DNA of 64,000 bases from NCBI GenBank assembly GCA_950097015.1, contig CATNEN010000039.1:1612001-1676000 (forward strand), written 5' to 3'. The position numbers and the translations under genes are program-made. The stretch comes from Macrostomum hystrix. Taxonomy: Eukaryota > Animalia > Platyhelminthes. Below the pieces are notes generated by a model. It was given only the letters and a program-made list of their open reading frames with translations, did no database searches and was not told the DNA's origin. Positions 26,896-39,306 of this stretch are shown here, piece by piece (the first letter of the stretch is position 1; each line of letters starts with the position of its first letter).

Positions 26896-29800
26896 ATGAA
26901 GCCAACTGTTAACCCACTATTCAGGCTGCTTTTAATTGCCAGTCTGTTGCTTTGGACAACTTTTCTCAGCTCAGAAGCATTTCAAGAATATGAAGTGCCA
27001 AGCTGCAGTATATTTCGCAACAGTTCAGAGTTTATGGAATGTGAGTCAATGATGGCTTTCAATGTCCAACATTGTTAACATTCCTCCTAAATTATTCCAT
27101 TAGCTCATTTTTCCAAAGTTGACAATCTAAAAATTTCCCCAACATCATGTACCCCGTTGCCATTTGATTCCTCCTGATTAATATATACTCGTATTTATTT
27201 TCATAGATCGATAGATAGGTTTGATCCTCAGATATCACTATCGTTCCCTGATCGGATTGGATTCTCCCTGACCTAATTTTCCCAATTATTCCCTCTGATT
27301 CACAGACCCCCAAAAATACCCCAAGATCCCTTGTCATTCCTAGATCTTCAAAATTCTCCATTATTCCGCGAGTTCAAATAATTTTTTAATCATTCCCATA
27401 GATCCTCAGATTTCCCCTCTCATACCCCATGATCCTTAAATCTCCTAAAATCTCAGCGGATCCTTAGATCCCCTAAAATCCCCCGATCCTCAGATCCTCC
27501 AAATACCACGGATCTTCAAATCCCCTAAAATCCCCCGATCCTCAGATCCTCCAAATACCACGGATCTTCAAATCCCCTAAAATCCCCCGATCCTCAGATC
27601 CTCCAAATACCACGGATCTTCAAATCCCCTAAAATCCCCCGATCCTCCTAAATACCCCCCGGATCTTCAAATCCCCTAAAAATCCCCCGATCTTCGAATC
27701 CCCGAAAGTCCCCCGATCCCCAGTCTTCTAAAAATCCCCCCTGGATCCTCAGATCCCTAATATTCCTCAGGATTTTCCCTATAATCGTACCAGATTTTCC
27801 CAGATCAGTAAACTATATTCAGTATCTCTTCCCCAGGCCCTCCTAGAAAGGCTTTCGCCCACAGCTTACACTAATTTCATTCGCCCCCTGTCCTGCAGTC
27901 CGCAGTCCGTACGGGCGCTATTTCTTCAACTCGACTGCGGATTCTCAGCCCAATCGCGTCCGCATCGGCGTCAACGGTCAGCGCCGGGCCGCCGGCCTTC
28001 TGCTGGCCGTTCTGCTGCGCGAGCTGTTCGGCTATGTCGATGTATCTGTTGTAGGCGTGGAGCACTGCCGGCATCCCTTCGACTGTCCCATCCTGCTGAG
28101 CGAGATTGTTCAGCCTGGCTACCCCTACCTGGACCACGGCTTCCTTTACCAGCGATCTCAGATGTGAGTGAACTGTGCCTCAGATGCACTGCCCAACTGG
28201 GTGGGGTATGGGTCAGTACTGCCCAACTGGGTGGGGTATGGGTCAGTACTGCCCAACTGGGTGGTGTATGGGTCAGTACTGCCCAACTGGGTGGGGTATG
28301 GGTCAGTACTGCCCAACTGGGAGGGGTATGGGTCATTACTGCCCAACTGGGTGGGGTATGGGTCAGTACTGCCCAACTGGGAGGGGTATGGGTCAGTACT
28401 GCCCAACTGGGTGGTGTATGGGTCAGTACTGCCCAACTGGGTGGTGTATGGGTCAGTACTGCCCAACTGGGAGGGGTATGGGTCAGTACTGCACAACTGG
28501 GAGGGGTATGGGTCAGTACTGCCCAACTGGGAGGGGTATGGGTCAGTACTGCACAACTGGGAGGGGTATGGGTCAGTACTGCCCAACTGGGAGGGGTATG
28601 GGTCAGTACTGCACAACTGGGAGGGGTATGGGTCAGTACTGCCCAACTGGGTGGGGTATGGGTCAGTACTGCACAACTGGGTGGTGTATGGGTCAGTACT
28701 GCACAACTGGGAGGGGTATGGGTCAGTACTGAACAATAGGGTGGGGTATGGGTCAGTACTGCCCAACTGGGTGGTGTATGGGTCAGTACTGCACAACTGG
28801 GAGGGGTATGGGTCAGTACTGAACAATAGGGTGGGGTATGGGTCAGTACTGCCCAACTGGGAGGGGTATGGGTCAGTACTGAACAATAGGGTGGGGTATG
28901 GGTCAGTACTGCACAACTGGGAGGGGTATGGGTCAGTACTGCCCAACTGGGAGGGGTATGGGTCAGTACTGCCCAACTGGGAGGGGTATGGGTCAGTACT
29001 GCACAACTGGGAGGGGTATGGGTCAGTACTGAACAATAGGGTGGGGTATGGGTCAGTACTGCACAACTGGGAGGGGTATGGGTCAGTACTGAACAATAGG
29101 GTGGGGTATGGGTCAGTACTGCACAACTGGGAGGGGTATGGGTCAGTACTGCCCAACTGGGAGGGGTATGGGTCAGTACTGCCCAACTGGGAGGGGTATG
29201 GGTCAGTACTGCACAACTGGGAGGGGTATGGGTCAGTACTGCCCAACTGGGAGGGGTATGGGTCAGTACTGCACAACTGGGAGGGGTATGGGTCAGTACT
29301 GCACAACTGGGAGGGGTATGGGTCAGTACTGAACAATAGGGTGGGGTATGGGTCAGTACTGCCCAACTGGGTGGTGTATGGGTCAGTACTGCACAACTGG
29401 GAGGGGTATGGGTCAGTACTGAACAATAGGGTGGGGTATGGGTCAGTACTGCCCAACTGGGTGGTGTATGGGTCAGTACTGCCCAACTGGGAGGGGTATG
29501 GGTCAGTACTGCACAACTGGGAGGGGTATGGGTCAGTACTGCACAACTGGGAGGGGTATGGGTCAGTACTGAACAATAGGGTGGGGTATGGGTCAGTACT
29601 GCCCAACTGGGTGGTGTATGGGTCAGTACTGCACAACTGGGAGGGGTATGGGTCAGTACTGAACAATAGGGTGGGGTATGGGTCAGTACTGCCCAACTGG
29701 GTGGTGTATGGGTCAGTACTGCACAACTGGGAGGGGTATGGGTCAGTACTGCACAACTGGGAGGGGTATGGGTCAGTACTGAACAATAGGGTGGGGTATG

Positions 29801-32800
29801 GGTCAGTACTGCACAACTGGGTGGGGTATGGGTCAGTACTGCACAACTGGGAGGGGTATGGGTCAGTACTGCACAACTGGGAGGGGTATGGGTCAGTACT
29901 GAACAATAGGGTGGGGTATGGGTCAGTACTGCCCAACTAGGTGGTGTATGGGTCAGTACTGCACAACTGGGAGGGGTATGGGTCATTACTGAACAATAGG
30001 GTGGGGTATGGGTCAGTACTGCACAACTGGGAGGGGTATGGGTCATTACTGAACAATAGGGTGGGGTATGGGTCAGTACTGCACAACTGGGAGGGGTATG
30101 GGTCAGTACTGCACAACTGGGTGGGGAATGGGTCAGTACTGAACAATAGGGTGGGGTATGGGTCAGTACTGCACAACTGGGAGGGGTATGGGTCAGTACT
30201 GAACAATAGGGTGGGGTATGGGTCAGTACTGCACAACTGGGAGGGGTATGGGTCAGTACTGAACAATAGGGTGGGGTATGGGTCAGTACTGCACAACTGG
30301 GTGGGGTATGGGTCAGTACTGAACAATAGGGTGGGGTATGGGTCAGTGCACTGATTGGCTATCATTGAGTCTATTGTTCTATTGTTTTGCAAAACTCGTC
30401 CGCTGCCTCACCGCCAGCTACTACTTTGTGGATGGCCACCCGAACAGCGCCTGTCCCCTGGAGGCGCATAACTACGTAGGCCCGTTCCCCTACAATCTGG
30501 TGGCCTGCAACCAGACTCGCAACTTCACTGAGCTGACTCGCAAATCTGTCGGCAGCTACATCCATCTGTCCAGGAGGCCCGTCACCCAGCGCAAGCTGCT
30601 GCTGCGTCAGCTGGCTGACCGCGACCCCGCCCTGTCTATCCTACTGCGCCAGTTCGGCTTGCCGTTCACCTTTACGATGTACAGGCCGGACCAAGTCTGC
30701 GTCTGGGTGCAGAAATACCTGCTTAATTATCTATCGTGAGTTGCTTGCTCGTGATTAATTCTAGCTGCTTCACAGGGGGAGTGAGGTGGTCGTGGCAGAG
30801 CGGTTGGCGCGTTGGCCTGTTGCACCAAGGTCCCGAAGTTCGATTCCGTGGCTAGGCCACATTCGATTCATTCCAGTAGAATTTGTTCAACTAATAGCTT
30901 ACAAAGCTGACAAATAGAATAGGCACAAGGGCCAATTTCATCAGGTGATCAGTCATTCAGGGTCAATGTCATCAGGTGATCAGTCATTCAGGCCAATGTC
31001 ATCAGGTGATCAGTCATTCAGGGCCAATTTCATCAGGTGATCAGTCATTCAGGGCCAATGTCATCAGGTGATCAGTCATTCAGGGCCAATGTCATCAGGT
31101 GATCAGTCATTCAGGGCCAATGTCATCAGGTGATCAGTCATTCAGGGCCAATTTCATCAGGTGATCAGTCATTCAGGGCCAATGTCATCAGGTGATCAGT
31201 CATTCAGGGCCAATTTCATCAGGTGATCAGTCATTCAGGGCCAATGTCATCAGGTGATCAGTCATTCAGGGCCAATGTCATCAGGTGATCAGTCATTCAG
31301 GGCCAATTTCATCAGGTGATCAGTCATTCAGGGCCAATGCCATCAGGTGATCAGTCATTCAGGGCCAATTTCATCAGGTGATCAGTCATTCAGGGCCAAT
31401 GTCATCAGGTGATCAGTCATTCAGGGCCAATGCCATCAGGTGATCAGTCATTCAGGGCCAATGTCATCAGGTGATCAGTCATTCAGGGCCAATGTCATCA
31501 GGTGATCAGTCATTCAGGGCCAATGTCATCAGGTGATCAGTCATTCAGGGCCAATGCCATCAGGTGATCAGTCATTCAGGGCCAATGTCATCAGGTGATC
31601 AGTCATTCAGGGCCAATGTCATCAGGTGATCAGTCATTCAGGGCCAATGTCATCAGGTGATCAGTCATTCAGGGCCAATGCCATGAGGAAGTCGCGCTTG
31701 AGTAGTTGCTATGCACCTTCCGCTTATTCAGGATGTGGCCGGCGCCCCGGCTGTCTCGCAAGGTCGCCCCGCTGCGAATCGGTCTCATATGGCCCTCTGG
31801 CTTCGAGTTCGACGATCCCAGCGTGCTGGAGTTTGCTAGACTCTCCGTTGACATTTTGAACACCTGGCGTTGTCATGGCAACAGCAACGACGCCACCTTC
31901 TGCTCCCTGTTGCTAAGCAACCACCGCTTCGAGCTGGAGCCGGCCGGCCTTGACTGCTCGACGCCCTCAGTGCTGGCCTTCTATATGGGCCTGCACTGCT
32001 CGGACCTGGCGCCAGACTCCACCAGCCCGCTGGTCGGCATCGTGGCCGCCACCTGCTCCAAGACTGCCGAGCCGGTGGCTCAGGCCAGCAGCCGCCTGGG
32101 CACCGCGGTGGTGTCGCCAACTGTGGAGTCGCCGCTATTCAATAAGCGGAAAACCTACCCGAATTTCCATCGCACAGTGCCCAGCTACATGGCTTATCCG
32201 GAGGTTGTGGCCAGCTTCCTGGGCAAATACGGCTGGGATGTACTTGCCCTGCTGACCAATCAGAAGCTGTTCTACTCCAGGTTGGAATTTTTGTGTCTAG
32301 TTCCGTTCAAACCTGATGCCGCATACCTGTATGATTTACCGCCTAATTAAAGTGGTATCGCGAGAACTGCCGTTTTAGACAATTTAGGCGATAATAAATG
32401 CTTACTTTCTACTTTAAGTAGTGCCTCGGAGTCTAAATATTTTCAGCAACGCTTCTGCGACATTAAGTTGCTTTGTGCTGGTCTTGGGTCATTTTTATTA
32501 TGATAAAATGCGACACTTGACCGGAGGCAATTCTGCCCATTTCGCTGACTCCTGAGCACACAGATACCGTACGCAGGCATACGCTCACAAAGGTGTGTAC
32601 ATCTGCCCTTGACTATCTCATCCTCAGACAGTGTACACTTTACTGTGCCTTGGAGGTCGGCCCTCAGGGGCGTCAATTGCACGACAAGCCCCCAAGCCTT
32701 CTCTCCGCGTCTGCGCCCCAAATGAATGTGAATATATGAAACCACTTTAAAAGCCTACTAAAGTCTATATAGCTTTGCCTAATCAATATAAAATTATAGG

Positions 32801-35800
32801 CAATTTATTTCTGATTTCCTTCTCGCCCGCAGTCTGGACTTCAACAAGCAGCGCCTGTGCCAGGTTGAGGTGGTGGCTGAGAAGGATCTGAGCCTGCACA
32901 GGGCTCTCGAATCGCTGCGGCGAGCCAAGGAGGCGCATTGCCAGGTGAGGCTGGGCTGCTTAGCAATTTTTTCGTAGGGATAAATTCCCCCCTCATTCTG
33001 ATTATTATCCCTACCTAAATCTATCCAAATTCCTCATTTGTCCGATTAAGGCCGATTGCGGATGGAGTGAAATCCCACATTCTAAGTGTGTTCCCAATAC
33101 AGTTAATCGGAAATCCCACTTAATTATAAGTGGAATCGTCATAGACTTCTAGAAAATCCTGAACCAATTTTCCAGAAATCCCAAATAATTTTCCTAAAAT
33201 CAAAGTTTTTCAAATATCGAATTCCTAATAATTTTAATTCGAATTATTAACATTTTCTGGAATCCCAAATCACATTTGGGTCAAATCCCAGACCGATTTC
33301 CAGAAGTCAATTCACGGAAAACTCAGATATTTCTTCGTGCGAGTTGTAATCGCAGCTTTTCTGTCCTCACCCCGCAGGTATTCGCCATGGACTATTTCCG
33401 TCGTGGCACCTGTTTGTACCTGTGCGCGGCTCACAAGCTAGGCATGTCCCAGCGCAACAACTACGCATTCATCCTGGCCAACTGGGCCAAGGAGATTTTC
33501 ACCGACGCTGGCGCCAATTGCACCGGCACCGGCGCCCTGATCGACGAAGCGGACACCGGCAGTCTGGAGGCCGGCTGCACCAACGCCGACATCACCGCTA
33601 TTAGCGACGGCCATCTCATTGTGAAGAACTACCTGCCGCCAGCTCGCCTGGAAGCCTACCGGCGTAGATTGAACCTGACGGCTGCTCGCCTGCCATCTGC
33701 CGACGTGTTCGCCGAGAATCACTTCGGCGTGTACACCAGCGACGCGATCTTCCTATTGGCCAGCGCGCTGGGCAGCCTGCACTCGGAGGATCCCACGGCC
33801 CTCAGCCGGCTGAAGAATGCTCAGGTTGTGGAGCGGTTTCAGTTCCTGTTGGAGAACACCAGCTTCGATGGTTCCAGATTCCATGGCCGGCAAGCTGTCA
33901 GCGAAGGCTTCATGATGGTCTGGCTGAGGCGCTATCGCGGCGAAGGCGGCGGCTACGAAGGAAGCGTCATGGCCAAGTGAGCACCGGGCTATGGGCTACC
34001 TGGCTGTTAGACTCAGCTCATCCGGAACACCTGATTTGTAGCAATCCCATTCCCGCTTAGTCCCTGATGGGCCTGTCCCATCCCATCAGTCCCTCAGGTC
34101 CTGTCCCATCCCATCAGTCCCTTAGGGTCTGTCCCATCAGTCCCTCAGGGTCTGTCCCATCAGTCCCTCAGGACCTGTCCCATCAGTCCCTCAGGGTCTG
34201 TCCCATCAGTCCCTCAGGGTCTGACCCATCAGTCCCTCAGGGTCTGACCCATCAGTCCCTCAGGATCTGTCCCATCAATCCCTCAGGGTTGTCCCATCAG
34301 TCCCTCAGGGTCTGTCTCATCAGGCCCTCAGGACCTGTCCCATCAGTCCCTCAGGGCCCGTCCCATCAGTATCCCAAGTTCATGAGTCCCAAGAGTCACC
34401 AGGCACGTTAAAAAAGGCGCGTTTGAATTAAGGGAGCCTCCCTACATGCCCAGGTACCACTGGCGAACCCTTGACAATGTGCAAGTGATCGTCGAAGAGA
34501 TTCCGATCGATCCATTCGACGCCAACCCGGCTCTGAAATTCGCCACATTCGATGGCAACTTCATTCGACAACTGCGGCCGGACCTGGACTGCCCCACCGC
34601 CTTCCTGATGCGCCTCCTGCCAACCTGGTCCTGCCACGAGACCCTGGCAGCTTTCTGCATTGTGCTGGTGCTGCTGGCCCTGGGCCTGCTGCTCCTGCTA
34701 CTCTGCGGCGTGCTGCGCTACTGCCGGCGCCAGATGCGGCGCCAGTTCAGCCAGCCGTTCAAGGAGATCCGGGAGCGCCTGGCGCACAAGGAGGTGGCCC
34801 GCGAGAAGGTCATTCTCAACCGAAAGATTGGCGAAGGCTGCTTTGCCTTTGTGTTCGGCGGTGAGGTTCTGCTGTCAGAGACCCAGCAGTGGGTGCCTTG
34901 CGCCATCAAAGTCATTCAGGAGGACTCCAAGACTGAGGACGTGCTGCGCTTCCTGGAGGAGGCCGAGGTAGATGCTTCAACATTCTAGCTGAGGGGATAA
35001 CATTCTAGCTGAGGGGATAACATTCAAACTGACGGGATAACATTCTAGCTGAGGGGATAACATTCTAGCTGAGGAGATAACATTCTAGCTGAGGAGATAA
35101 CATTCTAGCTGAGGAGATAACATTCTAGCTGAGGGGATAACATTCTAGCTGAGGAGATAACATTCTAGTTGAGGGGATAACATTCTAGCTGAGGAGATAA
35201 CATTCTAGCTGAGGGGATAACATTCAAACTGACGGGATAACATTCTAGCTGAGGGGATAACATTCTAGCTGAGGGGATAACATTCTAGCTGAGGAGATAA
35301 CATTCTAGCTGAGGGGATAACATTCTAGCTGAGGGGATAACATTCTAGCTGAGGGGATAACATTCTAGCTGAGGGGATAACATTCTAGCTGAGGAGATAA
35401 CATTCTAGCTGAGGAGATAACATTCTAGCTGAGGGGTTAACATTCTAGCTGAGGGGATAACATTCTAGCTGAGGAGATAACATTCTAGCTGAGGAGATAA
35501 CATTCTAGCTGAGGAGATAACATTCTAGCTGAGGGGATAACATTCTAGCTGAGGAGATAACATTCTAGTTGAGGGGATAACATTCTAGCTGAGGAGATAA
35601 CATTCTAGCTGAGGGGATAACATTCAAACTGACGGGATAACATTCTAGCTGAGGGGATAACATTCTAGCTGAGGGGATAACATTCTAGCTGAGGAGATAA
35701 CATTCTAGCTGAGGGGATAACATTCTAGCTGAGGGGATAACATTCTAGCTGAGGGGATAACATTCTAGCTGAGGGGATAACATTCTAGCTGAGGAGATAA

Positions 35801-38800
35801 CATTCTAGCTGAGGAGATAACATTCTAGCTGAGGGGTTAACATTCTAGCTGAGGGGATAACATTCTAGCTGAGGAGATAACATTCTAGCTGAGGAGATAA
35901 CATTCTAGCTGAGGGGATAACATTCTAGCTGAGGGGATATTAACACTGAGCGGCTGCCATATCAGATGTACAGCTATCTCTGTGTCCTCATGCTGTTGCT
36001 TATGTTGACGACGCCAACCCCTATCCTGTCGTCCCTCACCGGTTGCAGCACCTGTCGCACCTGTCGCACAAGAACATCATTCGCCTGTTGGCAGTCTACA
36101 CAGCCGCCGAGCCGTTTCTCATCATCATGGAGCACTGCCTGCACGGTGATCTCAAATCTTTCCTCATGGCCCGCCGCACTCACGTGAGCTTTGCGCTTTG
36201 CCTTGAGCATACTTCTCTTGTTAGTAGCTAATTTGTCAGTAGGCTTATCACCTCATCATGCTCTGCACTTTCAACAGGCCTTGAGTAGGACAGAAGTCTA
36301 TACTCAACCTGTTTGGCTCACCCAATTCGCTATTGACATTGCCAGCGGCCTGGAATACCTGCACTCACAGGATCCGCCAGTTGTGCACAGGTGAGGCCGT
36401 CCATGAACTTTTATTCACATTTTTAAGTAGCAGCCGCCGACTTATGCAGCGCCAAGGACTGAGCAGTTGACTCATGAACTGACGCCTGAGAAGTTTCCTA
36501 GAGAGAGTAGATGACTCCTGAAGCACTGAGTGAAGTCCTGAGAAGAGTGGCTGGGCCCTGAAGGGAACAGCTGATCCCTGAGGGGAAAGGCTGATCCCTG
36601 AGGGGAACGGCTGATCCTGAGGGGAACGGCTGATCCTGAGGGGAACGGCTGATCCCTGAGGGGAACGGTAGATCCTGAGGGGAACGGCTGATCCCTGAGG
36701 GGAACGGTAGATCCTGAGGGGAACGGATGATCTTTGAGGGGAACGGCTGATCCCTGAGGGGAACGGCTGATCCCTGATGGGAACGGATGATCTCTGAGGG
36801 GAACGGCTGATCCCTGAGGGGAACGGTAGATCCTGAGGGGAACGGCTGATCCCTGATGGGAACGGCTGATCCTGAGGGGAACGGCTGATCCCTGATGGGA
36901 ACGGAAGATCCTGAGGGGAACGGCTGATCCCTGAGGGGAACGGTAGATCCTGAGGGGAACGGCTGATCCCTGAGGGGAACGGTAGATCCTGAGGGGAACG
37001 GATGATCTCTGAGGGGAGCGGCTGATCCCTGAGGGGAACGGCTGATCCTGAGGGGAACGGCTGATCCCTGATGGGAACGGAAGATCCTGAGGGTAACGGC
37101 TGATCCCTGAGGCGAACGGCTGATCCTGAGGGGAACGGCTGAGCCCTGAGGGGAACGGCTGATCCCTGAGGCGAACGGCTGATCCTGAGGGTAACGGCTG
37201 ATCCCTGAGGCGAACGGCTGATCCTGAGGGGAACGGCTGAGCCCTGAGGGGAACGGCTGATCCCTGAAGGGGAACAGTTGAGGCTTGAGGGGAGCGCTGT
37301 AGCCCGCAATTCTCTGCTACATATCTCCTGATCCCTGACCCCACAGGGACCTGGCCCTGCGGAACTGCCTGATCCACTCCAGCTACGTTGTGAAAATCGG
37401 CGACTTCGGGCTGGCTCGCTTCGCGCCCGATTATTACCGCATGCACTCGGCCAACGCTGTGCCGATGCGCTGGATGCCGCCGGAGGCAATTCAGTACGCA
37501 TTCTACACTGTGAAGAGCGACGTCTGGGCCTACGCTGTGGTACTGTACGAGCTCGTCACCTTTGGGAAGTTTCCGTTCTATGAGCTGTCGCATCAACAGG
37601 TGAGCATACCTGAGTTAACGCAAGTTACTCAATTAACGAAAGTTACTCAATTAACGAAATTTAATCAATTAGCGAAAGTTACTCAATTAACGAAAGGTAA
37701 TCAATTAACGAAATTTAATCAATTAGCGAAAGTTACTCAATTAACGAAAGGTAATCAATTAACGCAAGTGGATCAATTAACGCAAGTTAATCAATTAACG
37801 CAAGTTAATCAATTAACGCAAGTTAATCAATTAACGCAAGTTAATCAATTAACGCAAGTTAATCAATTAACGCAAGTTAATCAATTAACGCAAGTTAATC
37901 AATTAACGCAAGTTAATCAATTAACGCAAGTTAATCAATTAACGCAAGTTAATCAATTAACGCAAGTTAATCAAATAACGCAAGTTACTCATTTAACGCA
38001 AGTTGATCAATTAACGCAAGTTGATCAATTAACGCAAGTTAATTAATTAACGCAAGTTGATCAGTTAACGCCCTCACACCTGTCGCAGGTGAGTCACAAT
38101 GTGGTGCGTGGCGCCACTCTGCTGAGCCATTTCCCCGAGAGCGCCAGTGCTCCCCTGCGCGCCCTGGTCACCGACTGCTGGCGCTACAACCCCGCCGAGC
38201 GGCCGCTCATCAGCGAGGTGCTGAACCGGCTGCAGGACAATCCCTGCTGTGTTTTCGCCTGCCTGGACGAGTCACCGCCCTACCAGCCGCCCGAGGAGAT
38301 GTTCTCGCTGCCAAGCTCCGGCGGCGGCGGCCCGAACAGCTCGCATCACCAGCGGCATCATCACCACTCGGGCCGGCTGGTCGCTGATCGGACCGAGACC
38401 TCCAGCGGCAGCGGCTCGCGATCGCGCAACCAGTCTGGTAGCTTTTCGACTTTGATGTGTTCTGTAATTTGTCTGTCTCATGTGTATCTGATGTCTGTCT
38501 CATGTGTATCTGATGTCTGTCTCATGAGTATCTGATGTCTGTCTCATGAGTATCTGATGTCTGTCTCATGTGTATCTGATGTCTGTCTCATGAGTATCTG
38601 ATGTCTGTCTCATGTGTATCTGATGTCTGTCTCATGTGTATCTGATGTCTGTCTCATGAGTATCTGATGTCTGTCTCATGTGTATCTGATGTCTGTCTCA
38701 TGTGTATCTGATGTTTGTCTCATGAGTATCTGATGTCTGTCTCATGTGTATCTGATGTCTGTCTCATGTGTATCTGATGTCTGTCTCATGTGTATCTGAT

Positions 38801-39306
38801 GTTTGTCTCATAAGTATCTGATGTCTGTCTCATGTGTATCTGATGTCTGTTGTCAGTTAGCTCGCAATGCCACTATCACAGCTGCTCACTGATTTGCAGG
38901 CCGGTCGAACTCCCAGCAGCAGGCGGCACTGCCGCCACACGGCCACCATCGGAACAACAGCGCCGTGGAGATCGGCAGTATCTTGCGCAGCGCAGCCGCC
39001 AGATCGTCAGTCTTTAACTTTTCAGGCGACGTCGCATCAGTCGCAGCTCTTGACAGGGCGTTGACGACCTGCCGTCGGCCCAACTGTGGCTTCTCCGGCT
39101 GCAGCGGCGGGCCCTCCTGCTGCCAGCAGCAGCAGCAGCAGCAGCTCTATCTGCAGCGCGCCTTCTCAGTTGACGAAAGCGACCCCGCTGCAGCCGCAGT
39201 GGCATCTGAAGGTGCAGAGCTGGAGTGCCTACTGACTGGTGACCGCTCAGTAGCTCTGACTTCGCAGCAGCAGCAGCAGAATCTGATTGAAACAACCTGG
39301 CATTAA
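26896..39306 (+). CDS. VKR: Venus kinase receptor-like receptor tyrosine kinase (~1252 aa, 12 exons)
   Basis: Exons 26896-27040, 27899-28163, 30418-30735, 31732-32280, 32833-32944, 33378-33976, 34454-34967, 36049-36183, 36278-36390, 37347-37599, 38089-38437, 38900-39306. All are GT-AG and phase-consistent (3759 nt). Signal peptide; ANF/GABA-B-like VFT (LRIGLIWP, TCSKTAEPVA, RKTYPNFHRTVPS, FLGKYGW); TM (IVLVLLALGLLLLLLCGVL); TK (IGEGCFA, AIK, HRDLALRN, DFGLAR.DYY, PMRWMPPE, SDVW). Confidence 0.9.
27400..27775. repeat. Degenerate C/A-rich tandem repeat (~52-bp unit x3 plus decayed copies) in VKR intron 1
   Basis: gatcctcagatcctccaaataccacggatcttcaaatcccctaaaatccccc repeated. Confidence 0.75.
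28186..30348. repeat. Minisatellite, 30-bp unit GGGTCAGTACTG(C/A)(C/A)CAA(CT/TA)GGG(T/A)GGGGTAT, ~72 copies, VKR intron 2
   Basis: Direct tandem repetition. Confidence 0.97.
30786..30861 (+). other. tRNA-Asn-like pseudogene or SINE head in VKR intron 3
   Basis: GTGGTC...GGCCAC acceptor-like pairing, A-box TGGCAGAGCGG, anticodon loop CT-GTT-GC, B-box GTTCGATTCC; the T-stem is broken. Confidence 0.55.
30929..31682. repeat. Minisatellite, 31-bp unit GGGCCAAT(G/T)TCATCAGGTGATCAGTCATTCA, ~24 copies, VKR intron 3
   Basis: Direct tandem repetition. Confidence 0.97.
34058..34370. repeat. Minisatellite, ~23-bp unit CCCATCAGTCCCTCAGGGTCTGT, VKR intron 6
   Basis: Degenerate tandem repetition. Confidence 0.9.
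34979..35939. repeat. Minisatellite, 20-bp unit AACATTCTAGCTGAGG(G/A)GAT, ~48 copies, VKR intron 7
   Basis: Direct tandem repetition beginning 11 nt after the donor. Confidence 0.97.
36570..37275. repeat. Minisatellite, 19-20-bp unit CTGATC(C)CTGAGGGGAACGG, VKR intron 9
   Basis: Direct tandem repetition. Confidence 0.95.
37612..38070. repeat. Minisatellite, 18-bp unit CAATTAACGCAAGTTAAT, VKR intron 10
   Basis: Direct tandem repetition; explains the spurious VNQLTQ tail on ORF 37390-38046. Confidence 0.95.
38469..38850. repeat. Minisatellite, 22-bp unit TGTCTGTCTCATG(T/A)GTATCTGA, VKR intron 11
   Basis: Direct tandem repetition. Confidence 0.96.

Noticed and set aside
30786-30861. Functional tRNA-Asn gene
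   Set aside because: The T-stem and anticodon stem have mismatches and there is no clear oligo-T terminator; better treated as a pseudogene or SINE head.
28186-31682. 30-32-bp arrays as CRISPR-like repeats
   Set aside because: Units are head-to-tail with no unique spacers, there are no cas genes, and the context is eukaryotic and intronic.
31706-33980. Stand-alone GABA-B receptor or receptor guanylyl cyclase
   Set aside because: The VFT exons splice in frame to a single TM and an intact tyrosine kinase; no 7TM or cyclase domain follows.
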